44,690 nt of DNA from NCBI GenBank assembly GCA_016195485.1, contig JACPZM010000035.1, forward strand, positions 1-44,690, given 5' to 3'. Below are positions 27,390 through 36,244 of the stretch, piece by piece. The notes below the pieces were generated by a model. It worked only from the letters and a program-made list of their open reading frames with translations. It ran no database searches and had not been told where the DNA came from. Position numbers and translations under genes: made by a program. This DNA is from Candidatus Troglogloeales bacterium. GTDB lineage: Bacteria; Nitrospirota; Nitrospiria; SBBL01; SBBA01. Within the stretch, counting starts at the first letter, position 1; every line of letters starts with the position of its first letter.

Positions 27390-28895
27390 ATGTCGACAAA
27401 AGGAGATCAGTTTCGCAGGGTATCGGGTGGTCTTATTTTATTACTTATTGGAACGATTGTCGGGGTGACATTGGTCTCGGAGTTTCACCTGTTGCCCGTG
27501 GGGCAGGCCGTCAATGATCCGGCAAAAGAAAAATCTGCAGAGATTCTTCCGTCAGATTCGCAGATTTTTGTAAGTATCTCAAAAGCCGTAACGCCCGCCG
27601 TGGTCAATATTTCGACAACACGGATTATCAAAGACAACAGCGAGCAGGGAGGATTGCCATTTAATGATCCTTTATTCCGAAGATTTTTCGGGGAGGGGGG
27701 GGAGCCTTTTCAGCATCGCAGAGGTGCGCCTCAACAACGAAAGGAACAGAGTCTAGGTTCGGGGGTGATTGTCTCTTCCGACGGGCTGATTGTAACCAAT
27801 AATCATGTCGTGGAAGAAGCAGACGAGATTAAAGTGCTTCTGGAGGACAAGCGCGAGTTTAAGGGAACGGTGGTAGGGAAGGACAAGAAGAGCGACATTG
27901 CCGTTATTCGGATCGAGGCAACCCATTTGCCTACGGTTCCGTGGAGTAATTCCGATAACCTGCAAGTGGGAGAGTATGTGGTTGCCGTTGGGAATCCGTT
28001 TGGGTTAAATCAGACCGTGACCATGGGAATCGTCTCTGCGATTGGCCGGGCCAATGTTGGCATTGCCGATTATGAAGATTTTATACAAACCGATGCGGCC
28101 ATTAATCCTGGCAATTCAGGCGGGGCATTGGTGAACATTCGCGGGGAATTGATTGGAATCAACACGGCTATTTTTACGCGGAGCGGCGGTTATATGGGGG
28201 TCGGCTTTGCAGTGCCTAGTAATATGGTTCGGTCTGTTATGGATTCTCTGGTGAAAACCGGCAGGGTTACGCGAGGGTGGTTGGGGGTCTCTATCCAAGA
28301 CATTACCCCGGCGTTGGCAAAGGAGTTTGGGCTGAAGGATTCCAAAGGTTCTCTCGTGACCGATATTATGCCCGACTCCCCAGCGGCAAAAGCAGACTTA
28401 AAAAGGGGGGATGTTATTTTCTCTTTTACGGGGCACGAGATTGAGAACTCCAGCCATTTGAGAAATATGGTCGCGCGTACCGGCGTTGGGACAAAGGCGT
28501 TGGTGAAAATCATCCGGGATAAAAAAGAGAAAGAAATTTCTGTGACCCTTTCCGAACAGCCAAAAGAGGTCGCAGAAAAGGGTGAGGAAAAGGAGGCAGA
28601 ATCTGGGTCATTTGGCATTTCGGTTCAGGATGTCACCCCTGATATGGCCGAGCAGTTTAATCTTGATCCGAAGGAAAAAGGGGTCATCGTTGTGCAGATA
28701 GAGGAGGGGAGTCTGGCCGAGGAGGCGGGTCTGCGGGAAGGCGATTTAATTATCGAAATAAACCGGAAACCGGTTTTGGATCTTAAAAGTTATGAAAGGC
28801 TTTTTACCAAAATAAAGAAGGGCGAGGCTGTCTTAATCTTGATCAATCGACAAGGAAGTCGGTTTTACTTGACTCTCACGAAAGATATGGGATGA
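27390..28895 (+). CDS. htrA: periplasmic serine endoprotease DegP/HtrA with two PDZ domains
   Basis: The ATG at 27390 follows GGAGGT. A signal anchor is present, along with the catalytic triad context (TNNHVV, DIAVI, GNSGGAL) and two PDZ regions. Confidence 0.9.
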   Translation: MSTKGDQFRRVSGGLILLLIGTIVGVTLVSEFHLLPVGQAVNDPAKEKSAEILPSDSQIFVSISKAVTPAVVNISTTRIIKDNSEQGGLPFNDPLFRRFFGEGGEPFQHRRGAPQQRKEQSLGSGVIVSSDGLIVTNNHVVEEADEIKVLLEDKREFKGTVVGKDKKSDIAVIRIEATHLPTVPWSNSDNLQVGEYVVAVGNPFGLNQTVTMGIVSAIGRANVGIADYEDFIQTDAAINPGNSGGALVNIRGELIGINTAIFTRSGGYMGVGFAVPSNMVRSVMDSLVKTGRVTRGWLGVSIQDITPALAKEFGLKDSKGSLVTDIMPDSPAAKADLKRGDVIFSFTGHEIENSSHLRNMVARTGVGTKALVKIIRDKKEKEISVTLSEQPKEVAEKGEEKEAESGSFGISVQDVTPDMAEQFNLDPKEKGVIVVQIEEGSLAEEAGLREGDLIIEINRKPVLDLKSYERLFTKIKKGEAVLILINRQGSRFYLTLTKDMG

Positions 28896-28907
28896 CAACC
28901 CCCTTAA

Positions 28908-28928
28908 TCCCCCTTATGTTCAGGGGGA
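28908..28928 (+). terminator. hairpin downstream of htrA
   Basis: TCCCCCT-tatgttc-AGGGGGA. The following T-tract is weak. Confidence 0.35.
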
Positions 28929-28954
28929 ATTTACCTGCATGAAAGGGGATCAAT

Positions 28955-29929
28955 ATGTTGGGAGCAGTTCTGTTTTACGCTTTATTTTTTTGTTTTTCTC
29001 TGGCGGTTGGAACTTTTTTTGGAAAATTTGGAACGAGGAGGATTTGTTGGGGAATTTTGGGGCTTGTATTAGGAGTCTCGATTAGCGGTCTCGTGTCTGT
29101 TATCCTTGAACCGATATTAATCCCTCTTTTTGCTTCGTTTACTTTTCCGCCTTTGGGCGTCGTTGGTTTTATGAGTTGGAAGGCGATCTTCCTGCTTTTT
29201 TTTTCCTGTCTAGGAATTGTTCTGGCTTTAAAGGTCGAAAAGGATCCCCGTCTTTTAGAGTGGCACAGTCCGCATTCCATTTCTAACAGCAAGATACTGG
29301 ATACCAGTGTTATTATTGATGGGCGAATCGCAGACCTTTGCGAGACCGGCTTTTTGGAGGGAACTTTTATCATTCCTCAGTTTGTCCTTCAAGAACTTCA
29401 ATATATTGCCGATTCTGGTGACTCCAATAAGCGGGTGCGGGGAAAGCGCGGTTTGGATATTCTTCACCGTCTACAGAAGATGGAGCATTTTGATCTTCGG
29501 ATTGTGAACGACGATTTCCCATCAATACGAGAGGTGGACGCAAAAATTGTGGCGCTGGCCCGGCAGATATCCGCGAAGGTTGTCACCAACGACATGAATC
29601 TAAACAGGGTCGCCGAGCTTCAAGGGGTTTTTGTTTTAAACATTAACCAACTGACAAGCGCGCTGAAGCCTGTGGTATTGCCCGGCGAGACCATGCGCGT
29701 CTTTGTTCTAAAAGAGGGGAAAGAGGCGTGGCAATGAGTGGCCTATTTGGATGATGGAACCATGATTGTGATTGATGACGCGAGAAAATCTATCGGCAAA
29801 AAAGTAGATATCTCGGTGACGTCTGTGTTACAGACGACTGCTGGCCGAATGATTTTCGCGAAGATGCGAGAGGAATCAGCGGAACACAATGCCCCCGCTA
29901 CCGTCTATCCCGCACCTTCAAGAGGTTAG
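28955..29929 (+). CDS. membrane PIN-TRAM protein (YacL-like) interrupted by an in-frame TGA (29735-29737)
   Basis: N-terminal TM helices, a PIN domain ([12 protein letters not shown]...[12 protein letters not shown]), then ...[56 protein letters not shown]. Homologues, as I recall them, read ..[17 protein letters not shown].. across this point. The track splits it into 28955..29737 and 29738..29929. Confidence 0.7.
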
Positions 29930-29934
29930 ATCTA

Positions 29935-30660
29935 ATGACCCATGCAGTCATTGTCGCGGCAGGAGAGGGAAAACGGGCAGGGGGAGCGGTTAAAAAGCAA
30001 TTTGCTCCTCTTGCCGGGCGCCCTGTTATTATCCACGCGCTGACTCCTTTTTTTGAATCGGATGTTGTTGATCAAATTGTGTGTGTGATCGCAAAAGAGG
30101 ATAGGGTTGCCCTTGAAACCTCGATGGCAAGTTATCCCGCATTGAAGATAGACCATGTAATAGAGGGTGGTGAGGCGCGTCAGGACTCGGTGGCGGCGGG
30201 GGTTTTTTTTTTGGAAAAGCATTATCCAAAAGATGATCTAGTGGTCGTACACGATGGCGTCCGCCCTTTTGTTACTGCTACACTGATTCAAAAGGTCATT
30301 GAGGCCGTATCGAATTCTCAAGGGGCAGTGGCGGCAATGAAAGTAACCGACTCGCTAAAAGAAGTAGACGCGGATCATCTGGTTTTGCGGTCGGTTCCAA
30401 GGGAACCGGTTTGGGCAATGCAAACCCCGCAAGCATTTCCATTGGGGGTGCTGGCTGAGGCGTTGCGGAAGGCAAGAGACTGCGGCTTTGTGGGAACAGA
30501 TGAAGCGGACATTGTGCAACAGATCGGGTATCCTATTCTCTGTGTTTCTGGCAGTCCGGATAATATTAAAATAACAACTGCGTCGGATTTATCACGGGCT
30601 GAAAAAATGCTATCCTCTTCCCTCCCCTTCAAGGGGAGTGGCAGGGTGGGGATGGTATGA
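29935..30660 (+). CDS. ispD: 2-C-methyl-D-erythritol 4-phosphate cytidylyltransferase
   Basis: 241-aa ORF with AVIVAAGEGKRAGG and the VHDGVRPF motif. The last ~14 codons ([14 protein letters not shown]) are encoded by a family A repeat. ATGA overlap with ispF. Confidence 0.9.
   Translation: MTHAVIVAAGEGKRAGGAVKKQFAPLAGRPVIIHALTPFFESDVVDQIVCVIAKEDRVALETSMASYPALKIDHVIEGGEARQDSVAAGVFFLEKHYPKDDLVVVHDGVRPFVTATLIQKVIEAVSNSQGAVAAMKVTDSLKEVDADHLVLRSVPREPVWAMQTPQAFPLGVLAEALRKARDCGFVGTDEADIVQQIGYPILCVSGSPDNIKITTASDLSRAEKMLSSSLPFKGSGRVGMV
30620..30655. repeat. family A palindromic element at the ispD/ispF junction
   Basis: CCCTCCCCTTCAAGGGGAGTGGCAGGGTGGGGATGG, with a CTCCCCTT/AAGGGGAG palindrome followed by a GGTGGGGATGG tail. 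Confidence 0.75.
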
Positions 30661-31133
30661 TTCGAGTCGGCATCGGTTACGACATACATCGGTTGGAGGT
30701 TGGGCTTCCCTGCCGGTTGGGAGGCGTAACGATTGAACATGAAAAGGGAATGGCGGGGTATTCCGATGGGGATCCACTGCTTCACGCGATTTGCGATGCC
30801 TTGCTGGGCGCAGCAGGATTAGGCGACATCGGAATATATTTTCCAGAAGGGGAGCCAACATGGAAAGGAATAAACTCCCTAACGCTTTTAAGCGAGGTAT
30901 CAAAGATGCTGATCGATCGTCAGTATCAAGTGATGAACGTCGATAGTATTATTATTGCGGAACGGCCGCGTGTTGCGCCGCATGTTCATGCAATGAAGAA
31001 AAACATTGGCCGCTGTTTGTCAATTTCAGAAGATTGTGTGAATATTAAAGCAACCACAAATGAAAAGGTCGGCTTTATCGGGCGGGAAGAGGGGATCGCC
31101 GCCCACGCCGTTTGTCTTATTGAATACCATTAA
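30657..31133 (+). CDS. ispF: 2-C-methyl-D-erythritol 2,4-cyclodiphosphate synthase
   Basis: 158-aa ORF with [22 protein letters not shown] and the overall IspF pattern. Confidence 0.9.
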   Translation: MIRVGIGYDIHRLEVGLPCRLGGVTIEHEKGMAGYSDGDPLLHAICDALLGAAGLGDIGIYFPEGEPTWKGINSLTLLSEVSKMLIDRQYQVMNVDSIIIAERPRVAPHVHAMKKNIGRCLSISEDCVNIKATTNEKVGFIGREEGIAAHAVCLIEYH

Positions 31134-31761
31134 GCTGATCATCGAAGATATTCAAGCTTGTTTTGAGCGGGACCCGGCGGCGCGTAATATCTTTGAAGTC
31201 CTATTGACCTATTCGGGATTTCATGCGACACTTGCACATCGGATTGCCTATCTCCTGTGGAAGGGGCATGTCCCTGTTGTTCCTCGTCTCCTTTCGCATC
31301 TTGCCCGTTTTTTGACCGGGATTGAGATTCATCCAGGGGCTGTGATTGGACGCTCTTTTTTTATAGATCATGGCATGGGCGTGGTTATTGGGGAGACAGC
31401 CGAGATTGGCGATCATGTGACCCTTTATCAAGGGGTGACATTGGGTGGGACCGGTAAGGAGATCGGCAAACGGCATCCGACGATTGGGAATCATGTGATT
31501 ATTGGGGCAGGCGCGAAGGTGTTGGGGGCGATTAACATTGGAGATTATGTTCGTATTGGCGCCAATGCGGTGGTGCTCCGATCGGTTTCCGAACATGCCA
31601 CGGTTGTTGGCGTTCCGGGGAAGATAATAAAACGTCCTATGGAAGAAGAAGAGTTGGATCATTCGAAATTGCCGGATCCAATTACAGACCGGCTGGAGCA
31701 AATGGAAAAAGAGTTGTCCCTCTTTAAGGAGGAGATAAAAAAATTGGAGCGGATAAAATGA
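31120..31761 (+). CDS. cysE: serine O-acetyltransferase
   Basis: N-terminal SATase helix region ([19 protein letters not shown]) and hexapeptide repeats ([27 protein letters not shown]). The start is uncertain: TTG at 31120 is proposed, while the ORF is open from 31060 and overlaps the ispF 3' end. Confidence 0.8.
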   Translation: MNTIKLIIEDIQACFERDPAARNIFEVLLTYSGFHATLAHRIAYLLWKGHVPVVPRLLSHLARFLTGIEIHPGAVIGRSFFIDHGMGVVIGETAEIGDHVTLYQGVTLGGTGKEIGKRHPTIGNHVIIGAGAKVLGAINIGDYVRIGANAVVLRSVSEHATVVGVPGKIIKRPMEEEELDHSKLPDPITDRLEQMEKELSLFKEEIKKLERIK

Positions 31762-32129
31762 AGGGAAATGTACTCATTGTTGACGATACGGAGTTTTACA
31801 GAAAAGTATACATGACGAAGCTGCTTTCAGCCGGGTATATCACCCGCGTGGCCACCAACGGCATTGAAGCGCTTAAAGCGATGATGACACAGAAACCCGA
31901 CTTAATCCTGCTCGATCTAGTGATGCCGGAGATGGATGGTTTTAAGGTGCTTCAGGCGGTGCGGGCATCTCCTGCATTAAACAGAATTCCAGTGATTGTT
32001 TTTTCGTCCAAAGGAGCTCCGGAAGAGATTCAAAAAGCGCTTCAGGCGGGAGCAAACGATTTCCTGATTAAAGCGACGACAACGCCTAATAAAGTTATCG
32101 AAAAGATTGAAGCATACTTAAAAAAGTAA
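31758..32129 (+). CDS. stand-alone CheY-like response regulator receiver
   Basis: 123-aa ORF with the acidic pocket VDD, the phospho-acceptor context [13 protein letters not shown], and a conserved K (FLIKA). ATGA overlap with cysE. Confidence 0.85.
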   Translation: MKGNVLIVDDTEFYRKVYMTKLLSAGYITRVATNGIEALKAMMTQKPDLILLDLVMPEMDGFKVLQAVRASPALNRIPVIVFSSKGAPEEIQKALQAGANDFLIKATTTPNKVIEKIEAYLKK

Positions 32130-32140
32130 CCTCTGCTAAT

Positions 32141-32177
32141 CCCAGCCCCACCCTGACCCTCCCCTTCAAGGGGAGGG
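32141..32177. repeat. family A palindromic element, reverse orientation (intergenic)
   Basis: CCCAGCCCCACCCTGACCCTCCCCTTCAAGGGGAGGG lies immediately upstream of the mutY ATG. Confidence 0.75.
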
Positions 32178-32179
32178 CA

Positions 32180-33316
32180 ATGTCGCGCTTTGCGATGCCC
32201 CTGCTTCGTTGGTATAAAAAGGCCGGTCGAGATTTGCCTTGGCGCAAAACAACCGTAGGCGGCGTCCCGCCTGATCCTTACGCTATATGGGTCTCCGAAA
32301 TCCTACTGCAACAGACGCAGGTTTCAACGGTTCTCCCTTATTACCATCGGTTTCTATCAAATTTTCCGACGGTGCAGTCTCTGGCCGCAGCGGAAATTGA
32401 CGACGTCTTAAAATGTTGGCAGGGGCTAGGGTACTACGCCCGCGCACGCAATCTATTGCTTGCCGCGAGAAGAATCGTAGACCGATTTGGCGGAACCGTT
32501 CCATTGACACTTTCGGAACTACTCACCCTCCCTGGCATTGGCCGATCCAGCGCAGGCGCGATATTAAACATCGCCTTTAGTCAGCGCCATCCGATATTGG
32601 ATGGGAATGTTAAACGGATCCTCGTTCGAGTTTTTTGCATTACCAAAGACCCGAAGGAAAGACAGGTCACTGAGAAGCTATGGCGGCTTTCAGAGTCCCT
32701 TCTTCCAAAAACGAGAGCGGATCATTTCACACAGGCGATCATGGATTTAGGGGCTACGATCTGCACCCCTGCGGCCCCGAAATGCGATTGTTGTCCTGTT
32801 TCCCGTCTATGTAAGGGATACCAAAAAGGGTTGCAAAATAAACTGCCAATAAGGCCGGTTCGGAAAAAGACGCCGCATTATGATTACGTCTGCGCCATTA
32901 TTCGTAACGGTGAAAAGGTCTTAATCAAGAAGCGTCAGGAGACGGGTCTTTTAGGAGGGTTATGGGAATTCCCCGGCGGCAGGGTCAGCAACCTTTGTAG
33001 TGATGCCTCCCCTTCAAGGGGAAGCAAGGTGGGGATGGGGTTCATTGGCAAGTCTCTTAATGAAATTATTGAGAAAGAAGTCGGGCAATCGGTCGCTTTG
33101 ACTCCGTTGGGACTTGAAATCAAGCACGCCTTTACCCATTTTAAAATGACGATTCATCTGTTTGCAGGTTCAGTTCGTAAATCAAAGACGCAACTTCCAC
33201 TTAAATGGGTTCCGATAGATCAGCTTAAAGAGCACCCATTTTCTTCGGCCCATCAAAAAATCATTTTGAAATTGCAAAATGTGAGACAATCCCGGCGTGA
33301 TTTATGGTGTGGTTGA
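32180..33316 (+). CDS. mutY: A/G-specific adenine DNA glycosylase carrying an in-frame repeat insertion
   Basis: 378-aa ORF with the HhH-GPD region (LPWRK, GLGYYARARNL), an Fe-S cluster loop (CTPAAPKCDCCPVSRLC) and a NUDIX-like C-terminal domain (LWEFPGG...HAFTHF). It contains an extra segment, SDASPSRGSKVGMGFIG. Confidence 0.85.
   Translation: MSRFAMPLLRWYKKAGRDLPWRKTTVGGVPPDPYAIWVSEILLQQTQVSTVLPYYHRFLSNFPTVQSLAAAEIDDVLKCWQGLGYYARARNLLLAARRIVDRFGGTVPLTLSELLTLPGIGRSSAGAILNIAFSQRHPILDGNVKRILVRVFCITKDPKERQVTEKLWRLSESLLPKTRADHFTQAIMDLGATICTPAAPKCDCCPVSRLCKGYQKGLQNKLPIRPVRKKTPHYDYVCAIIRNGEKVLIKKRQETGLLGGLWEFPGGRVSNLCSDASPSRGSKVGMGFIGKSLNEIIEKEVGQSVALTPLGLEIKHAFTHFKMTIHLFAGSVRKSKTQLPLKWVPIDQLKEHPFSSAHQKIILKLQNVRQSRRDLWCG
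33005..33046. repeat. family A palindromic element inside the mutY coding sequence
   Basis: GCCTCCCCTTCAAGGGGAAGCAAGGTGGGGATGGGGTTCATT is near-identical to 12129..12169. Confidence 0.75.
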
Positions 33317-33359
33317 TTATGAGATTGATCATTGCGGCACAGATGTGGTAGCTTACGAC

Positions 33360-34178
33360 ATGCGTTTGCCACCAGTTGTCCACTATCCATTATCCATTGT
33401 CAATTTTTTTTTAGTCCTATTCAATATCGGTTGCGCCCCACTGCTTTTTGCCTCTCCCCCGTCGTTTGTTTTCAGTTCATCTGAGATTGATGAATCGTCT
33501 GGCATCATCAAAAGCCGTCACTATCCGAACATATTCTGGACGCATAACGATTCGGGAGATACAGCGCGAATTTTTGCCGTTCATGAAGATGGAAAACTTG
33601 TTGCCGAAGTGGAAGTGGCTGGGGCGGAAAATCTGGATTGGGAAGACATCGCCGCAGGGGATCAAGGGCAGATCTATATCTGTGATATCGGGGGGAATAC
33701 CAGAGTCCGTAACGATTTTGCAATTTATCTGATTCCTGAACCGAATCCTGACAGCGACAAAAGCGTAAAAGTCATCAAAAAAATAAAATTCCGTTACGAA
33801 GGCGGATCCCACTTTGATGCGGAGGCCTGTTTTTTTGCGTCCGGGCATATTTATATTTTGACAAAGCGGCTGACCATGACCAAACTTTATCGGTTGGATC
33901 CGTCTAAAGAAGATCAGGTCGCGGAAAAGATTTCAGAATATCCGGTGAGCGGCATGGTAACCGGGGCAGATGTTACCCCGGATGGAAAAACGCTGGCTGT
34001 GCTGACCTACCTTGGCATTCATATTTTTGAAAAACCAAAAGAGAATGATAACTATTTAGCAGGTGTCCACAAGACGATCGATCTCTTCTTTGGGCAGGCA
34101 GAGGGCATTGCTTTTGATGATTCTGTGCTGCTGATTACAAACGAAGAAGGCCAACTGCTAAAAGTCCCGTACAAATGA
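33360..34178 (+). CDS. hypothetical secreted protein, probably beta-propeller-like
   Basis: ATG at 33360 gives a hydrophobic signal-like N-terminus. The motifs WTHNDSGD, NLDWEDIA and ICDIGGN recur in uncharacterised secreted proteins. No family name is assigned. Confidence 0.6.
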   Translation: MRLPPVVHYPLSIVNFFLVLFNIGCAPLLFASPPSFVFSSSEIDESSGIIKSRHYPNIFWTHNDSGDTARIFAVHEDGKLVAEVEVAGAENLDWEDIAAGDQGQIYICDIGGNTRVRNDFAIYLIPEPNPDSDKSVKVIKKIKFRYEGGSHFDAEACFFASGHIYILTKRLTMTKLYRLDPSKEDQVAEKISEYPVSGMVTGADVTPDGKTLAVLTYLGIHIFEKPKENDNYLAGVHKTIDLFFGQAEGIAFDDSVLLITNEEGQLLKVPYK

Positions 34179-34299
34179 TTATTGGTTTCTTCCCTCCCCA
34201 GTTTAGCGGACATTTTTTTTACTGGAAAAATTTTCCGGAGGTGATTGACTTTTTAAAGATAGTTGTGTCCTAATTGTATATCGGGAGCGTCATGGTGGG

Positions 34300-36102
34300 G
34301 TGCGTCGGCTTATGAAAAATCCAGCGGTCATTTTATCTGTCTTTATTGCCTTGGCCGGGTGCGGGCAGGAAGGCGCCCACATTGGCCATACGGATGTCCA
34401 TCTAAATCTTACCCTTGCTGGAGGCGTTGCCACCTCGGAGGATCACGGAAATCAAAAGGGATCTTTTGCCCCCGCCCCATCGGGAATTGTAAAAATCTCT
34501 GTTGAGGTCACGGCGTCGGATATGGAGACGATCGTACAGAGTGCCCCTGTTTCGCCTGGTGTGCCAACCCTTTTGGCGTTATCGATTCCGAACGGATCAG
34601 ATAGAACATTCACGGTGAAAGCAATGAATGCATTTGGAGATGTTGTATACGAGGACTCAAAGACGGTCTCTCTAAACGGCGGGTCTCTCTCGCTGCCCAT
34701 TGAGTTAGAAGCTAATGTGGAATCCTTTCTTACATCTACTTTAGAGATTGTAGGAGATAATCAAATCACGGCTGGAAACACCCGTGCCTATCGGTTGGAA
34801 GGGAGTCTGGGGGGCTCAACTTATGATTTAACAAGCGTTGCGACATGGAGTTCGTCCGCTACGACCACCGCCACGATAAATAATAGCGACAGAAAGGGTC
34901 TTGTTACAGGGGAGAGTTCAGGGACATCCACTATTACTGCTACCATAGAAGGAACCAATGCCAATGCGACGACCACAACCGTTACGGTTAATCCCCTTTC
35001 CGCCGGTGCGGGTGTTCTTAGTGTTGCGGCAGGCGGGTTTCATACCTGCGCTGCATTTGAAAATGGCTCCGTTAAATGTTGGGGGCTGAATGCCTCTGGC
35101 CAGTTAGGGAACGGGACATCGACGACTACGCCGGTTTCTACGCCAGTTGCAGTCAATAACATTACCAATGCTGTGGAAGTGGCGGCCGGAGGATTTCACT
35201 CCTGCGCGCGACTCTCGGACAGCACCGTGACATGTTGGGGATGGAATCAGTTCGGCCAGTTAGGGAACGGAAAGTTGGGGGACGGAACCTCATCGACTAC
35301 GCCGATCACTACGCCTGTTGTGGTCAGCGGCGTTGCCAATGCCGTGCAGATTACCGCCGGGTTTAATCATACCTGTGCCCTCCTTCTCGGGGGCTCTATT
35401 CAATGCTGGGGGTTTAACGCCTCTGGTCAGCTAGGGGACGGCTCCAGCAATGCGACAAGCACGCCGGTTGCGGTCAATACTATTACCAATGCCGTGCAGA
35501 TTACCGCCCTGTTTGATCATACCTGCGCGCTCCTTTCCGGAGGCTCCATTCAATGCTGGGGGTTTAACGCCTCTGGCCAGTTAGGAAACGGGACATCAAC
35601 GACTACGCCGGTTTCTACGCCGGTTTCGGTCAGTGGCATTGCCAATGCCGTGGAAGTGGCAGCTGGTGGTTTTCATACCTGTGCGCTTCTTAACGGAGGC
35701 TCCGTTACATGCTGGGGTCAGAATAAGCTGATACAGTTAGGAAGCGGCAAATTAAATGACGGCCCTTTGTTAACCCCAGGTGACGCAATTGACACCTTAA
35801 CTGCTACCTCTCTTGCTGCGGGTGGCACTCACACCTGTGCCCTTCTTTCGGACAAAACCGTCAAATGTTGGGGGGCGAATCTCTTTGGCCAGATTGGAAC
35901 CGGGGCCTTTTCGATTGCCTCTTTGCCAGATCTAGCGGTGCGGGATCTTTCCGATGTTGCAGGTCTCTCTGCGGGGGATGGCCATACCTGTGCGCTTCTT
36001 GAGAACGAAACGATTCGATGCTGGGGGTTAAATAATTTTGGCCAGCTCGGTGACGGCACAACCAACATCTCCCCCTTGCCAGTTTCCCTCTCTGGCCTTT
36101 AA
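34300..36102 (+). CDS. lipoprotein with a Big_2 Ig-like domain and a seven-blade RCC1 beta-propeller
   Basis: Lipobox LAGC after the signal peptide (start GTG 34300 or ATG 34312). A Big_2-like segment (ATWSSS..TATIN..GLVTGESSGTSTITAT) is followed by seven HTCAL...CWG.N..GQLG repeats. Confidence 0.85.
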   Translation: MRRLMKNPAVILSVFIALAGCGQEGAHIGHTDVHLNLTLAGGVATSEDHGNQKGSFAPAPSGIVKISVEVTASDMETIVQSAPVSPGVPTLLALSIPNGSDRTFTVKAMNAFGDVVYEDSKTVSLNGGSLSLPIELEANVESFLTSTLEIVGDNQITAGNTRAYRLEGSLGGSTYDLTSVATWSSSATTTATINNSDRKGLVTGESSGTSTITATIEGTNANATTTTVTVNPLSAGAGVLSVAAGGFHTCAAFENGSVKCWGLNASGQLGNGTSTTTPVSTPVAVNNITNAVEVAAGGFHSCARLSDSTVTCWGWNQFGQLGNGKLGDGTSSTTPITTPVVVSGVANAVQITAGFNHTCALLLGGSIQCWGFNASGQLGDGSSNATSTPVAVNTITNAVQITALFDHTCALLSGGSIQCWGFNASGQLGNGTSTTTPVSTPVSVSGIANAVEVAAGGFHTCALLNGGSVTCWGQNKLIQLGSGKLNDGPLLTPGDAIDTLTATSLAAGGTHTCALLSDKTVKCWGANLFGQIGTGAFSIASLPDLAVRDLSDVAGLSAGDGHTCALLENETIRCWGLNNFGQLGDGTTNISPLPVSLSGL

Positions 36103-36226
36103 GCCAGTTTGGCCTACAAACCCAGACTACGGTTCGCCAGCCAATCCATCTAGACTAGCGTCGTTGCTCGTCGCTCAGATGACCTGCGGGTATGCGTGCT
36201 CCTCACACCTAGTGCTGTTTAAATTA

Positions 36227-36244
36227 TTTTGACGCGACTCCTAA
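36227..36244. repeat. 18-nt direct repeat TTTTGACGCGACTCCTAA (copy 1, contains the stop codon of the FecR-like gene)
   Basis: Identical to 38962..38979 in the same orientation. CTA at 36241-36243 is the TAG stop on the minus strand. Confidence 0.85.

Noticed and set aside
34263-34505. 80-aa ORF overlapping the start of the RCC1 lipoprotein gene
   Set aside because: It is out of frame with a well-supported lipoprotein CDS (signal peptide plus LAGC lipobox). It is Cys/Arg/Trp-rich with no motifs.
36103-36240. tRNA or tRNA-fragment att site in the gap between the RCC1 gene and the FecR-like gene
   Set aside because: The segment ggttcgccagcc only superficially resembles a T-arm. No cloverleaf could be drawn.
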